A DNA stretch of 64,000 nt from Myxococcota bacterium. Its GTDB lineage: Bacteria; Myxococcota_A; UBA9160; JAFDDA01. Positions 10,449-20,427 of this stretch are shown one piece after another. Where the stretch lies: NCBI GenBank assembly GCA_965228475.1, contig OZ245817.1, positions 4,800,001 to 4,864,000 of the forward strand, given 5' to 3'. The position numbers and the translations under genes were made by a program. The notes under the pieces are model-generated. The model saw only the letters and a program-made list of their open reading frames with translations. It was not told where the DNA came from and ran no database searches. The number at the start of each line of letters is the position of its first letter. Positions within the stretch are counted from its first letter, which is position 1.

Positions 10449-12584
10449 ATGCCGACACTCTGGATCGTTCACCGCGAGCCCGCCGCTCGCCGCACCCTGG
10501 CCCGCCTCGCCGGCGCCCGCGCGGACGTCTTCGCCGGCGGCCCCGACGGCCGCAACTTCGAAGCCGCGCCCGAGCCCGACGTCATCCTGCTCGGCCCGGC
10601 GGGTGACTTCGAGGCGGAGCTCGAGTTCGCCCATCGCCACGCCCAGCGCCGGCCCGGTGCCAGCTGGATCCTGCTTCCCGAAACCGGCGCTGGCGACGAC
10701 GCGCGCCAGCTCTTCGATGCCCTGCCCGCCGAGATTCTCCCCTTTCCGCCGGACCCGAGCCTGCTGCGCCGCCGCATCCGCGCCGCCGCGGCGGGCCGGC
10801 GCCGCCACGACTCGCTCTCCCAGCGCCGCGTGCGCGACGCCCTGGCCGACCGCTTCCGCCGCTGGTTCAGCGACCTCGAGCTGCCGGAACTCCTGCGCGC
10901 GGTCGATCCGCATCTGGCGACGGTGCCGGTCCTCGTGCGCGGCGAACCCGGCACCGGCCGGACGGTCATCGCCCAGTACATCCACGTCTTCGGCGGCTCG
11001 ACGGGCGGCACCTTCGTCCACCTGCCGTGCCGCGAGATCGAAGGCGCGGCGGCCGCCGTGCTCGAGTTGATCCGCAGCGCATCGCGCGGCGGCGAAGCCC
11101 TCACCATCTGCCTCGAGGACGTCGACGCGCTGACGCCGGTGGCGCAACGCCAGCTCCGCGTGTGGATCGAGAACGGGCTCCCGCCGGAGACCGTGCGCAC
11201 GGAGCGCGTGCGCTGGATCGCGACGGCCGGGGAAGAGGACCCGTGGACCGCGAGCGACCTGCTCGACCCCGCCCTCGAAGATGCCCTCGCCGGCATCGTG
11301 ATCCGCATCCCGCCCCTGCGCGAACGCATGGAGGCGCTCGACGCGATGGTGCTCTCGGCGGCCACCTCTTGGTGCGAGCGGCACGGCCAGCGCGCGCGAA
11401 GCTTCACGCCGGACGCCCTCGCCGCCCTGCGCGACGTGCTCTGGCTGGGGAACGTGCGCGAAGTCGAAGCCGTCGTCTCGCGCACCCTCGCCTCGCACAA
11501 CGACGACCCGATCCGGCCGGCGGATCTCGTGCTCGGCGAACCGGAGCCGCGCCTCGAGGCCGTGGTCGAAGCGGGCGACCTCCGGCCCGCCCGCGAGCCC
11601 CACTCCCATGAGGCCGGCATTCGGGAAGCCGAGATCGTGGAGGAGCCCGCGGCCTTCGAAGCGGGGGAACGCTTCGTCGATCTCGAAGCCGAGGTGGATG
11701 CCAGCGGCGAGGCGCCGGTGCCGGCCGCTCCCGGAGCAGAAACGGCGCCGGAGGCGCACCTCGCCCTGGTGCCCGATGCCGAGGCCGCCGCGGCGCCGGA
11801 GACCTCCGACACGCCCTTCTCCGTGTTCGCGGCCGAGACGGAAGCCGCGGCGCCGGAGTCGAGCGCGGCACTCGAAGCTTCCGTGGCCCGGGAGCGCGCG
11901 AACGCCAAGGCCGGCGCGGAGCGCAGCGCGGCGAGCCTGCGGCAGCTCGTCGGCTCGATCGCCCACGAGATCCGCAACCCGCTCGTGGCCGTGCGCACCT
12001 TCGCGCAGCTTCTCCCGGAGCGGTTCGACGATCCGGACTTCCGCCGGCGCGCCGTCGACATCGTCGGGGCCGACGTCCGGCGCATCGAAGCCGTCGTCGA
12101 GCGGCTCTCGCGCCTCGCCGAGCTCTCGAGCCCCGAGCCGAAGCCGGTGAACGTGGTCGAGATCGTCGAGAACGCCCTGGCCGCCGAGCGGGGCACCATC
12201 GGCCGCCGGCGCCTCGTCGTCCTGACCGAGCTCGATCGCGAGAACCCCTTCGCCCTCGGCGACGAAGAGCAGCTCCGCTTCGCCTTCGAGTCCCTGCTCA
12301 CCAAGGCCCTCGAACTCGTACCCGACCGCGGCGACCTCTACTTCGCCTCGAAGCACCACGCCGACGCGCTCGACGGCGCGCCGGCCCTGCGCCTGCTCGT
12401 GCGCTTCCGCAGCCCGGGCGAGCTCGGGGCGACGGGCAGCGTTCCCGGGGTCTCCCTCGACGAGAACTCCCTCGAGATGACGGTCACGCGGAGCATCGTC
12501 GAGGGGCACGGCGGGCGCATGACCGTGGGGAACGACGACGGCCGCGAGACGGTGGTCGTGATCGACCTGCCCGCTCCGGCCTGA
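10449..12584 (+). CDS. Chimeric signalling protein: degenerate REC + degenerate sigma-54-activator AAA+ + acidic linker + HisKA/degenerate HATPase
   Basis: VLVRGEPGTGR, LEDVDAL, WLGNVRE (bEBP-like); AHEIRNPL (H-box); IVEGHGGRM. Start placed at ATG 10449. Confidence 0.8.
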   Translation: MPTLWIVHREPAARRTLARLAGARADVFAGGPDGRNFEAAPEPDVILLGPAGDFEAELEFAHRHAQRRPGASWILLPETGAGDDARQLFDALPAEILPFPPDPSLLRRRIRAAAAGRRRHDSLSQRRVRDALADRFRRWFSDLELPELLRAVDPHLATVPVLVRGEPGTGRTVIAQYIHVFGGSTGGTFVHLPCREIEGAAAAVLELIRSASRGGEALTICLEDVDALTPVAQRQLRVWIENGLPPETVRTERVRWIATAGEEDPWTASDLLDPALEDALAGIVIRIPPLRERMEALDAMVLSAATSWCERHGQRARSFTPDALAALRDVLWLGNVREVEAVVSRTLASHNDDPIRPADLVLGEPEPRLEAVVEAGDLRPAREPHSHEAGIREAEIVEEPAAFEAGERFVDLEAEVDASGEAPVPAAPGAETAPEAHLALVPDAEAAAAPETSDTPFSVFAAETEAAAPESSAALEASVARERANAKAGAERSAASLRQLVGSIAHEIRNPLVAVRTFAQLLPERFDDPDFRRRAVDIVGADVRRIEAVVERLSRLAELSSPEPKPVNVVEIVENALAAERGTIGRRRLVVLTELDRENPFALGDEEQLRFAFESLLTKALELVPDRGDLYFASKHHADALDGAPALRLLVRFRSPGELGATGSVPGVSLDENSLEMTVTRSIVEGHGGRMTVGNDDGRETVVVIDLPAPA

Positions 12585-12625
12585 CCCGATTCCACGCCCT
12601 CGGCCCGGTTCGTTACGTTTCCGGC

Positions 12626-14017
<1,392 letters not shown>

Positions 14018-14032
14018 CGCCAGGATGCGGGG

Positions 14033-14120
14033 GCGTTCCGATCGGAACACCCCCGAAAAGTCGAACCGTTCCATGAGCTTGCGAGCCCAGGGCGCGCCGG
14101 TGCGTTCCTTCGGGAACACC
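14033..14120. promoter_or_regulatory. Two palindromic boxes GCGTTCC-N4-GGAACACC, candidate upstream activator sequences
   Basis: GCGTTCCGATCGGAACACC (14033-14051) and GCGTTCCTTCGGGAACACC (14102-14120), about 100-185 bp upstream of a sigma-54 promoter. Confidence 0.6.
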
Positions 14121-14217
14121 GCGGCCGGGCTCGGCGGGCTCGCCATCCGAACGGCGTTCCGCGCCAAACCGAAATGAATCGCTTGGTTACACGAATGCGG
14201 AACGCCGTTTCCCGGAC

Positions 14218-14233
14218 TGGCATGGGCGTTGCT
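14218..14233 (+). promoter_or_regulatory. Sigma-54 (-24/-12) promoter
   Basis: TGGCATGGGCGTTGCT matches TGGCAY-N5-TTGCW with exact GG-N10-GC spacing. Confidence 0.85.
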
Positions 14234-14246
14234 TTGGAAACGGCAC

Positions 14247-14897
14247 ATGAACCCCCGCCTTCGCCAGGGCGCCCCCGAGGCGCCGTTGGTCGTGATCGCT
14301 GACGGCGATCGCGGCGCCCGTGAATCCTTCCGACACATCCTCGACGCCGAACACCGGGTTCTCACCGCAGCGAGCCGGGACGGGCTTTCCTCCCTCCTCG
14401 CCCGGGAGCGGGCCGACGTGGTGCTCGTCGACCTCGCGCTACCGGGCGCCGAGGACGACGGCTGGCTCGGCGCCCTGCGGCGCAGCCATCCCGACGTCGC
14501 CTTCGTCGCGACCGCCGCGCGCATCCGGCTCGCCACCGCGCGCGAGCTCGTGGCCTCGGGTATCGCGGAGCTGATCCCGAAGCCCATCGACGTGGCGGAG
14601 GTCGCCGCCACCCTCGCGCGCGCCCTGCTCGCGCAGCGTCAACGAAGCCATCTGGTCGGATTCCTCCGCGCGCTCGGGCGCCTGGTGGGGAACGAGCGCC
14701 AGGTGGGTCAGATCCTCGGCGTCGTCGAAGGCGACGGGCCGCTGCGGCGTCAGGTCGGCGAGCTCGTCGGCTGGACGTCGCGCCGCATGGTTCGAGTCGA
14801 GCGTTCCCGGGACGTGACTGCCGTTCGGGGGGAGGGCATCACGCCCGGGAGCGCTGGCTCATGCAACACCGCCGCACCGTCGGCCGCAACGAACTAG
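14247..14897 (+). CDS. Response-regulator receiver protein with uncharacterised C-terminal extension
   Basis: VVIADGD, VVLVDLALPG, LIPKP. ATG 14247 chosen because the track start (14229) lies inside the sigma-54 promoter. Confidence 0.75.
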   Translation: MNPRLRQGAPEAPLVVIADGDRGARESFRHILDAEHRVLTAASRDGLSSLLARERADVVLVDLALPGAEDDGWLGALRRSHPDVAFVATAARIRLATARELVASGIAELIPKPIDVAEVAATLARALLAQRQRSHLVGFLRALGRLVGNERQVGQILGVVEGDGPLRRQVGELVGWTSRRMVRVERSRDVTAVRGEGITPGSAGSCNTAAPSAATN

Positions 14898-14908
14898 GGG
14901 ACGGAGAC

Positions 14909-15337
14909 ATGACCGCGCGCCAGGGCCAGCTCAGTTTCGGATTCGAGGAGGACCCGGCGCGCGTCGCCGGCTGGCTCGACCGGCGTTCCCATCGCCGCGA
15001 AGCGACCGTGCGGCACGTCGAGTTCACTCCGTTCCCGCGCGCCGCCGCCGACGTCTGCGGGCAGCGCGGCTTCACGCGCGACGTCTCCCCGTCCGGAATG
15101 GCCCTGGTCACGGAACATGCGCTTCCCGTCGGCTCCCTCGTCCGCGTGATCGTGCTGCGCGCCGACGGCCAGCCGGACTTCGACGCGGTCGCCCGCGTGG
15201 CCTGGTGCGAAGACGAAGAGGCGGCCGGAAGCGGCGCCGCTCAGGCCCGCGTCGGTCTGAGCCTGCTGGCCGAAGTAAAGAGCGGCATGGCCCGCGTCCG
15301 GAACGTCGGGAGCCCGCCCGTTCGAGCCGCCTGCTAG
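14909..15337 (+). CDS. PilZ-domain (c-di-GMP receptor) protein
   Basis: RxxxR (DRRSHRR) and DxSxxG (DVSPSG); GGAG RBS before ATG 14909. Confidence 0.8.
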   Translation: MTARQGQLSFGFEEDPARVAGWLDRRSHRREATVRHVEFTPFPRAAADVCGQRGFTRDVSPSGMALVTEHALPVGSLVRVIVLRADGQPDFDAVARVAWCEDEEAAGSGAAQARVGLSLLAEVKSGMARVRNVGSPPVRAAC

Positions 15338-15420
15338 GCGAGTTCGCTAGCCGGCCGGGCGCGACGGCACTAGGCTCCGTCGCGGGGACGCGGGACCGTC
15401 CCCGGCGGAGGCACCCAACC

Positions 15421-16542
15421 GTGCGAAAGCTCCTGGCGCGGCTCGCGCTCGTCGCGCTGGCTCCGGTGGTCGTCCTGCTCCTGGCGGAGGCCACCTTCCG
15501 CGCCTTCCCTCGACTCCTGCCGAAGGGCAGCTACGGCACCGGCCGCTACCACCCGGAGCTCCGTGCGAACGTCCACGGCGGCACACAGATCTACAACAAG
15601 GTCGGTTTCCAGCTCCGCTCGCCCAACCCGGACGGCTTCATGGACGTCGCACACGAGCGGCGGGCGGCCCCCGGCGTCGAACGCATCGGGTTCTTCGGCG
15701 ACTCCTACGTCGAATCCCTTCAGGTCCCCCTCGAAGACGCGTTCTTCCGCCGCCTCGAAGGGGCGCTCGACGGACGGGCGGAGACCCTCGCCTTCGGGGT
15801 CTCGGGCTGGGGGACGCTGCACGCGATGCGCGCCTGGCAGCTCTTCGGGCGCCGCTACGACGTCGACCGGGTGGTCTACGTCTTCGTCGAGAACGACCCC
15901 GGCGATCACCTGCAGAGCCTTCGCAACCCCGGCCGCCTCCCCTTCTTCTGGGGGCCGCTGATCTCACCGGGCAGGGTCGCGGGCAGCTACGACGTGCACT
16001 GGCCGCTCCCTCCCGAAGAGGGCTCCCTCGCCCGACGCGTCGCCAAGGCGAGCCAGCGCAACTCGCGGGTCGCGCAGCTCACCTTCCAGCGGCTCTTCGC
16101 GATGGCGAGCCCGGGCGGGGGCCAGGGAGCCGCGGCCGATCAGGTGGAGATGGCCCGACGGACCCGCCCGGGAACGCGCCCCAACTCGAACGATCTCGCG
16201 GGGAGCTGGCCCGAGCCCTTCGCGGAAGAGGCCCGCACCCTCGGAAGCTTCGTCCTGCGCGACTGGGCGAAGCAGGTCCGGCTCGAAGGCAAGACCTTCT
16301 CCGTCCTCTACGTGCCCCGCGGCGAAGCGTACCTGCGCGGAGAGATTGCGGAGCGGGACGTCTGGCGCCCGTGGCTGCTCGCGACCTGCGCAGAGCTCGG
16401 CATCGAGGTCCTCGACCCGAGCGACGCCCTCCGCCGCACGATGGAAGAGGGCCGCCCGGTGTACCGGGACCACTGGACGAGCGCGGGCCACGAAACCATC
16501 GCCCGCTTCCTCGCCGAGTCTCCGGTCGCCCGGGGGCTGTGA
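15421..16542 (+). CDS. SGNH/GDSL hydrolase-family protein (AlgJ/AlgX-like)
   Basis: N-terminal TM segment, FFGDSY, GVSGWG, VEND, DHWTSAGH. Confidence 0.75.
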   Translation: MRKLLARLALVALAPVVVLLLAEATFRAFPRLLPKGSYGTGRYHPELRANVHGGTQIYNKVGFQLRSPNPDGFMDVAHERRAAPGVERIGFFGDSYVESLQVPLEDAFFRRLEGALDGRAETLAFGVSGWGTLHAMRAWQLFGRRYDVDRVVYVFVENDPGDHLQSLRNPGRLPFFWGPLISPGRVAGSYDVHWPLPPEEGSLARRVAKASQRNSRVAQLTFQRLFAMASPGGGQGAAADQVEMARRTRPGTRPNSNDLAGSWPEPFAEEARTLGSFVLRDWAKQVRLEGKTFSVLYVPRGEAYLRGEIAERDVWRPWLLATCAELGIEVLDPSDALRRTMEEGRPVYRDHWTSAGHETIARFLAESPVARGL

Positions 16543-16586
16543 GCCCAGCCACCGTCGCCGGTCGCGGGGGCTGCTACCCTCGGGGC

Positions 16587-16940
16587 ATGTTCGGCATCGG
16601 CATGACGGAAATCGTCGTGATCCTCGTGGTCGCGCTGCTGATCTTCGGGCCCAACAAGCTCCCGGAGCTCGCGCGCTCCCTCGGCCGCGGCTTCGGGGAG
16701 TTCCGCCGGGCGAGCTACGACCTGCGCCAGAGCCTGATGGAGGTCGGCGAGGAGCCGCCGCACCAGGCCCAGGGCCCGACGATCGCCAAGCCGCCGGCGC
16801 CCCCGCAAACGCCCCCCGAGGCCCGGGCGAGCACCGAATCTGCCGAATCTGCCGGAACGGCCGGATCGGCTGAACCGGCCGCGCCGGCGCCCAAGGACGA
16901 CCCGGGCCCGCCCGCCCGCGGCGGAAGCGAGCCGGCGTAG
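16587..16940 (+). CDS. tatB: Twin-arginine translocase TatA/TatB-family subunit (probably TatB)
   Basis: MFGIGMTEIVVILVVALLIFGPNKLPELARSLG, directly upstream of tatC. Confidence 0.85.
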   Translation: MFGIGMTEIVVILVVALLIFGPNKLPELARSLGRGFGEFRRASYDLRQSLMEVGEEPPHQAQGPTIAKPPAPPQTPPEARASTESAESAGTAGSAEPAAPAPKDDPGPPARGGSEPA

Positions 16941-16948
16941 CCCCCGCG

Positions 16949-17731
16949 ATGCAGGTCGACGACAAGCTTCCCCTGCTCGACCACCTGGCCGAACTGCGCA
17001 CACGCCTCTTCCGCATGCTGCTCGGCTGGTTCATCGGCTTCGTGTTCGCGTGGGGCTTCCGCGAGCAGGTCTTCGAGTTCCTGCTCGCGCCGGCGATCGA
17101 ATCCCTCGGCGGGGAAGGCACCCTGCTCCAGGCCCTCTCCCCGCCGGAGATCTTCTTCACCTACCTGAAGTGCGCCCTGCTCGCGGGCTTCGTGCTTTCC
17201 CTGCCCGTCTTCTTCTGGCAGCTCTGGGCCTTCATCGCGCCCGGCCTCTACGACCACGAGAAGCGCTACGCGGTTCCCTTCGTGGCCGTCTCGACCCTGC
17301 TCTTCGCGGGGGGCGCGACCTTCGGGTACGTCATGGTCTTCCCGCTGGTCTTCGACTTCTTCCTGGGCTTCAACAACGACTTCGTCGAGAACGCCTGGAC
17401 CATGCGCGAAGTCTTCACCTTCACGACGCGGCTCTACCTCGCCTTCGGCACCGGCTTCGAGATGCCGGTCGTCGTCTTCTTCCTGGCGCTCGCGCGCATC
17501 ATGAACGCGCGCCAGCTCCTGGCGGGCTTCAAGTACGCCGTCCTCGTCTGCTTCCTGGTGGGCGCGATCCTCACGCCGCCCGACGTGATCAGCCAGGTGC
17601 TGCTCGCCGGCCCGCTGCTCGTGCTCTACCTGCTCGGCGTCGGCGCCGCCTTCATGGTGAACCCCGGCGAAGCCGAGAAGCCGCGCGACCTCCCGGAAAC
17701 CCGCCCGCCCGAGCCGCCGCCGGGCGCCTAG
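16949..17731 (+). CDS. tatC: Twin-arginine translocase TatC
   Basis: HLAELRTRL, WAFIAPGLY, FEMP, AILTPPD. Confidence 0.95.
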   Translation: MQVDDKLPLLDHLAELRTRLFRMLLGWFIGFVFAWGFREQVFEFLLAPAIESLGGEGTLLQALSPPEIFFTYLKCALLAGFVLSLPVFFWQLWAFIAPGLYDHEKRYAVPFVAVSTLLFAGGATFGYVMVFPLVFDFFLGFNNDFVENAWTMREVFTFTTRLYLAFGTGFEMPVVVFFLALARIMNARQLLAGFKYAVLVCFLVGAILTPPDVISQVLLAGPLLVLYLLGVGAAFMVNPGEAEKPRDLPETRPPEPPPGA

Positions 17732-17747
17732 GGCCGCGGGTAACCCG

Positions 17748-18059
17748 TCACGCGCCGGGCAGCACCACCCAGCTCGGGTCGTCGAACTCGCCGACGATGC
17801 GGATCTCGACGTGCTCGGACTGTTCGTCGAGGATGGCCTGGACGCGCGGGTCGCGGGCGGACTCGGCGCGGTCGCGATCGGGCTTGGAATCCCAGCTCGC
17901 GATGGCGAGCAGCACGCCCTCCTCGCCGATCTTGCGGTGGAGACGCGTTCCCCGGGCGCCCGGCGCCTGCTGGATGATCTCGCTCGCGCGCACCCAGGCC
18001 TCGCCGTAGGCCTCGGCCGTGGCCCCAGGCTTGACGCGCACCTCGAAGACGAAGATCAG
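17748..18059 (-). CDS. Antibiotic biosynthesis monooxygenase (ABM)-fold protein, start uncertain (probably CTG)
   Basis: IFVFEVRVKPG...PGARGTRLHR...AIASWDS pattern. Confidence 0.7.
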   Translation of the reverse strand: MIFVFEVRVKPGATAEAYGEAWVRASEIIQQAPGARGTRLHRKIGEEGVLLAIASWDSKPDRDRAESARDPRVQAILDEQSEHVEIRIVGEFDDPSWVVLPGA

Positions 18060-19297
18060 CTCGGTTCCTCGATCGTGAAGGCCATGCCGGCGTGGGCTTC
18101 GAGCCGAACCAGGAGGGGTTCCGCCATCGCCGAGGTCGGCGTGTGGATCCCGCCGGGCGACGTGAGTTCGTCTTCGGCGAGGCACACGGCGGCCTCACCG
18201 AGCATGCGCGAGGTGGCGCCGTAGCCCGGGTCGCGGTCGCCGGTGACGCGGGCGAACAGGCTCTTCCCGGCGTCGCTCGGGTGTTCACCGAAGAGGCGGA
18301 CGTCGAAGTAGCCCTCTTCGCGCTGCTTCTGGTTCGGACCTTCGCCCGGAGCCGGGAGGAAGCGTCCGAGTACGCCGCGCAGCGGGCCGATCGCCGCCGC
18401 CGCCATCGTGCCGACGACGCCCGCCGAGAGCCCGGCCGCCTTCACCGCGGAGACGGGGCCCGTGCCGAGCAGCGTGGCTTCGTCGTAGCGGAACTCGCGG
18501 CCGTAGGGGAAGCCGAGCAACGCGTTGCTCCTGCGCACGACGCGCTCGTTGATGGCCGCCATCACGAAGGGACCGATCCACTGGCCGAAGTCTTCGTCGA
18601 AGGAGGGCCCGGTGCGGTCGCGGCCGTCGGGGCCGTGGCGCTCGCCTTCCGGGTTCAGGCCGTAGGGGTTCGCGAGGATGCGGCGCACCTTCGGGTCGCG
18701 GCTCGCCTCCTCCATCAGGTTCATCATGCTCGCGATCGTGCCGCCGCTCGCCGCTCCGGAGAAGCCGGCGACCCGGAAGCTCACGCGCGGCGCGACCACG
18801 CCGTGACGCGCGCGCATCTCGCGCTGGAGGAAGTGGACGCCGAGGTCCGAGGGGATGCTGTCGAAGCCGCAGGTATGGACGATCCGTGCGCCGGTCGCGG
18901 CGGCCTCCTTCTCGTGGGCGTCGATCATGCGGCGAATCCACTGGGCTTCACCGGTGAGGTCGCAGTAGTCCGTGCCCTTCGCCGCGCAGGCCGCGACGAG
19001 CTTCGAGCCGTATTGGGCGTAGGGTCCGACGGTCGTGCACACGACGGCGGTCCGCTCGGCGAGCTCCGCGACGAAGGCGTCGTCGTCCGAGTCGCCGACG
19101 ATGAGCGGCAGCGCGGCGGCACCTTCGCCGAGCTCCTTGCGCACGGATTCGAGCTTGGCCTGGTTGCGCCCGCCGATCGCCCAGCGCAGTCCGCCTTCGG
19201 CGCCGTGACGCTCGAGCAGGTGCTCGGCGACGAGCTTGCCGGTGAATCCCGTGGCACCCCAGACGACGACGTCGAGTTCTCGATCCTTGCGATTCAT
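18056..19297 (-). CDS. Saccharopine dehydrogenase-like / trans-acting enoyl reductase oxidoreductase
   Basis: GATGFTG, TTVGPY, YCDLTGE, CGFDSIPSD, SGGT, DPGY. Confidence 0.9.
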   Translation of the reverse strand: MNRKDRELDVVVWGATGFTGKLVAEHLLERHGAEGGLRWAIGGRNQAKLESVRKELGEGAAALPLIVGDSDDDAFVAELAERTAVVCTTVGPYAQYGSKLVAACAAKGTDYCDLTGEAQWIRRMIDAHEKEAAATGARIVHTCGFDSIPSDLGVHFLQREMRARHGVVAPRVSFRVAGFSGAASGGTIASMMNLMEEASRDPKVRRILANPYGLNPEGERHGPDGRDRTGPSFDEDFGQWIGPFVMAAINERVVRRSNALLGFPYGREFRYDEATLLGTGPVSAVKAAGLSAGVVGTMAAAAIGPLRGVLGRFLPAPGEGPNQKQREEGYFDVRLFGEHPSDAGKSLFARVTGDRDPGYGATSRMLGEAAVCLAEDELTSPGGIHTPTSAMAEPLLVRLEAHAGMAFTIEEPS

Positions 19298-19331
19298 TCT
19301 GCCCTCCTCGGGCTTTGCGCGGCCATTCGGC

Positions 19332-20279
19332 CTAGAGCGTGGTGAGCCGGGCGACGATCGCCCGTTCGGCGGTGTGGGCGTCGACGGCGGTGGCCACCGT
19401 GGTCGGCATGCCGATACCGAGGTTCGGATCCACCTCGTGTGTCCGGAGCGTACCTCGTTCGATGGTCGTGACGACCGAGAGCCGTTCGAACGTGAGGGGG
19501 CTCGGGTCGACCAGCGCCCAGACCGTGAGCGGGTCGTGCAGGTAGGCGGCGTTGTCGGGCTCGAGATCGCCCCCGATGCCGGTGAAGAGCCTGTGCTGGA
19601 CGGGCTTCCACAGGCCGATCTGGTGCGCGATCACCCGGGCCAGGGGGCCGGCGGCGGCCATGGCCTCGACGTCGGCGTCGCGCAGCCAGGTCGCGAGGGT
19701 GACGTCGGCGGCCACCAGGGTCGTCTCGAAGCCGGCGCCAAGAACGGCACAGGTCGCCTCGGGGTCGGAGCAGAGGTTGTAGTCGATGCCCGGCTCGCAG
19801 ACGTGCTTCCCGATGGCGACGCGTCGGATGTGCCCGCCCATCACGGTGAGGCGCGCGACGCGCTGCGGAAGCTCCGGGTCGAGCGCCACGGCGCGCGCGA
19901 CATTCGTGAGCGGCCCGATGGCGACGATCTCGAGCCCGGGCGTCTCCTTCGAGAGCCGCACGATCGCCTCGGGCGCGGGCTCGTCGTGGATCGCCGCGTC
20001 GACGGTTCCCGCCGGGACCATCTCGTCCTCGTGCCCGAACCACGAGTACCGGGACTGCGACCGGAGAGCAGGCTGCGTCGGGCCCGCGAAGACCGGAACG
20101 TCCGTGCGCCCCGCGATCCCGAGCAGCCGCGCCGCGATCTCGGCCCGAAGCTTCGTATCACCGGCCACGGTCGTCACGGCGACGAGGTCGAGTTCTTCGG
20201 CGCACGCGAGCACGAGGCCGAGGGCGACGGCGTCGTCGACGTCGCTTCCGATGTCCGTATCGAAGAGGATCTTCTTCAT
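19332..20279 (-). CDS. Nucleoside hydrolase (IU-NH family)
   Basis: DTDIGSDVDD, IGPLTN, VMGG, LHDPL; GAGG RBS before ATG 20279. Confidence 0.9.
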   Translation of the reverse strand: MKKILFDTDIGSDVDDAVALGLVLACAEELDLVAVTTVAGDTKLRAEIAARLLGIAGRTDVPVFAGPTQPALRSQSRYSWFGHEDEMVPAGTVDAAIHDEPAPEAIVRLSKETPGLEIVAIGPLTNVARAVALDPELPQRVARLTVMGGHIRRVAIGKHVCEPGIDYNLCSDPEATCAVLGAGFETTLVAADVTLATWLRDADVEAMAAAGPLARVIAHQIGLWKPVQHRLFTGIGGDLEPDNAAYLHDPLTVWALVDPSPLTFERLSVVTTIERGTLRTHEVDPNLGIGMPTTVATAVDAHTAERAIVARLTTL

Positions 20280-20299
20280 CTGGGGGTTCCTCGGGAGGC

Positions 20300-20427
20300 G
20301 CCGGCGGAGCGCGTCGGTATGGTTCTGGCTCATGGCTCGCCCTGGCGGGCTCCGAGGCGTTTTCAGTATCGGAGTGCGGGCTGCGCTTTACTTCGCCTGA
20401 ACCATACCGACGCGCTCCGCCGGCTAC
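20300..20427. repeat. Fold-back repeat element, copy A
   Basis: Perfect 26-bp inverted repeat (20300-20325 / 20399-20424) enclosing 22-nt and 26-nt blocks identical to copy B at 48979-49103. Confidence 0.9.

Noticed and set aside
16834..16856. Short CCGAATCTG tandem repeat in tatB
   Set aside because: In-frame low-complexity tail, common in TatB.
20280..20333. N-terminal extension MSQNHTDALRRRL of the nucleoside hydrolase in the ORF track
   Set aside because: It comes from the fold-back element. The family-like sequence starts at MKKILFDTD, which has its own RBS.
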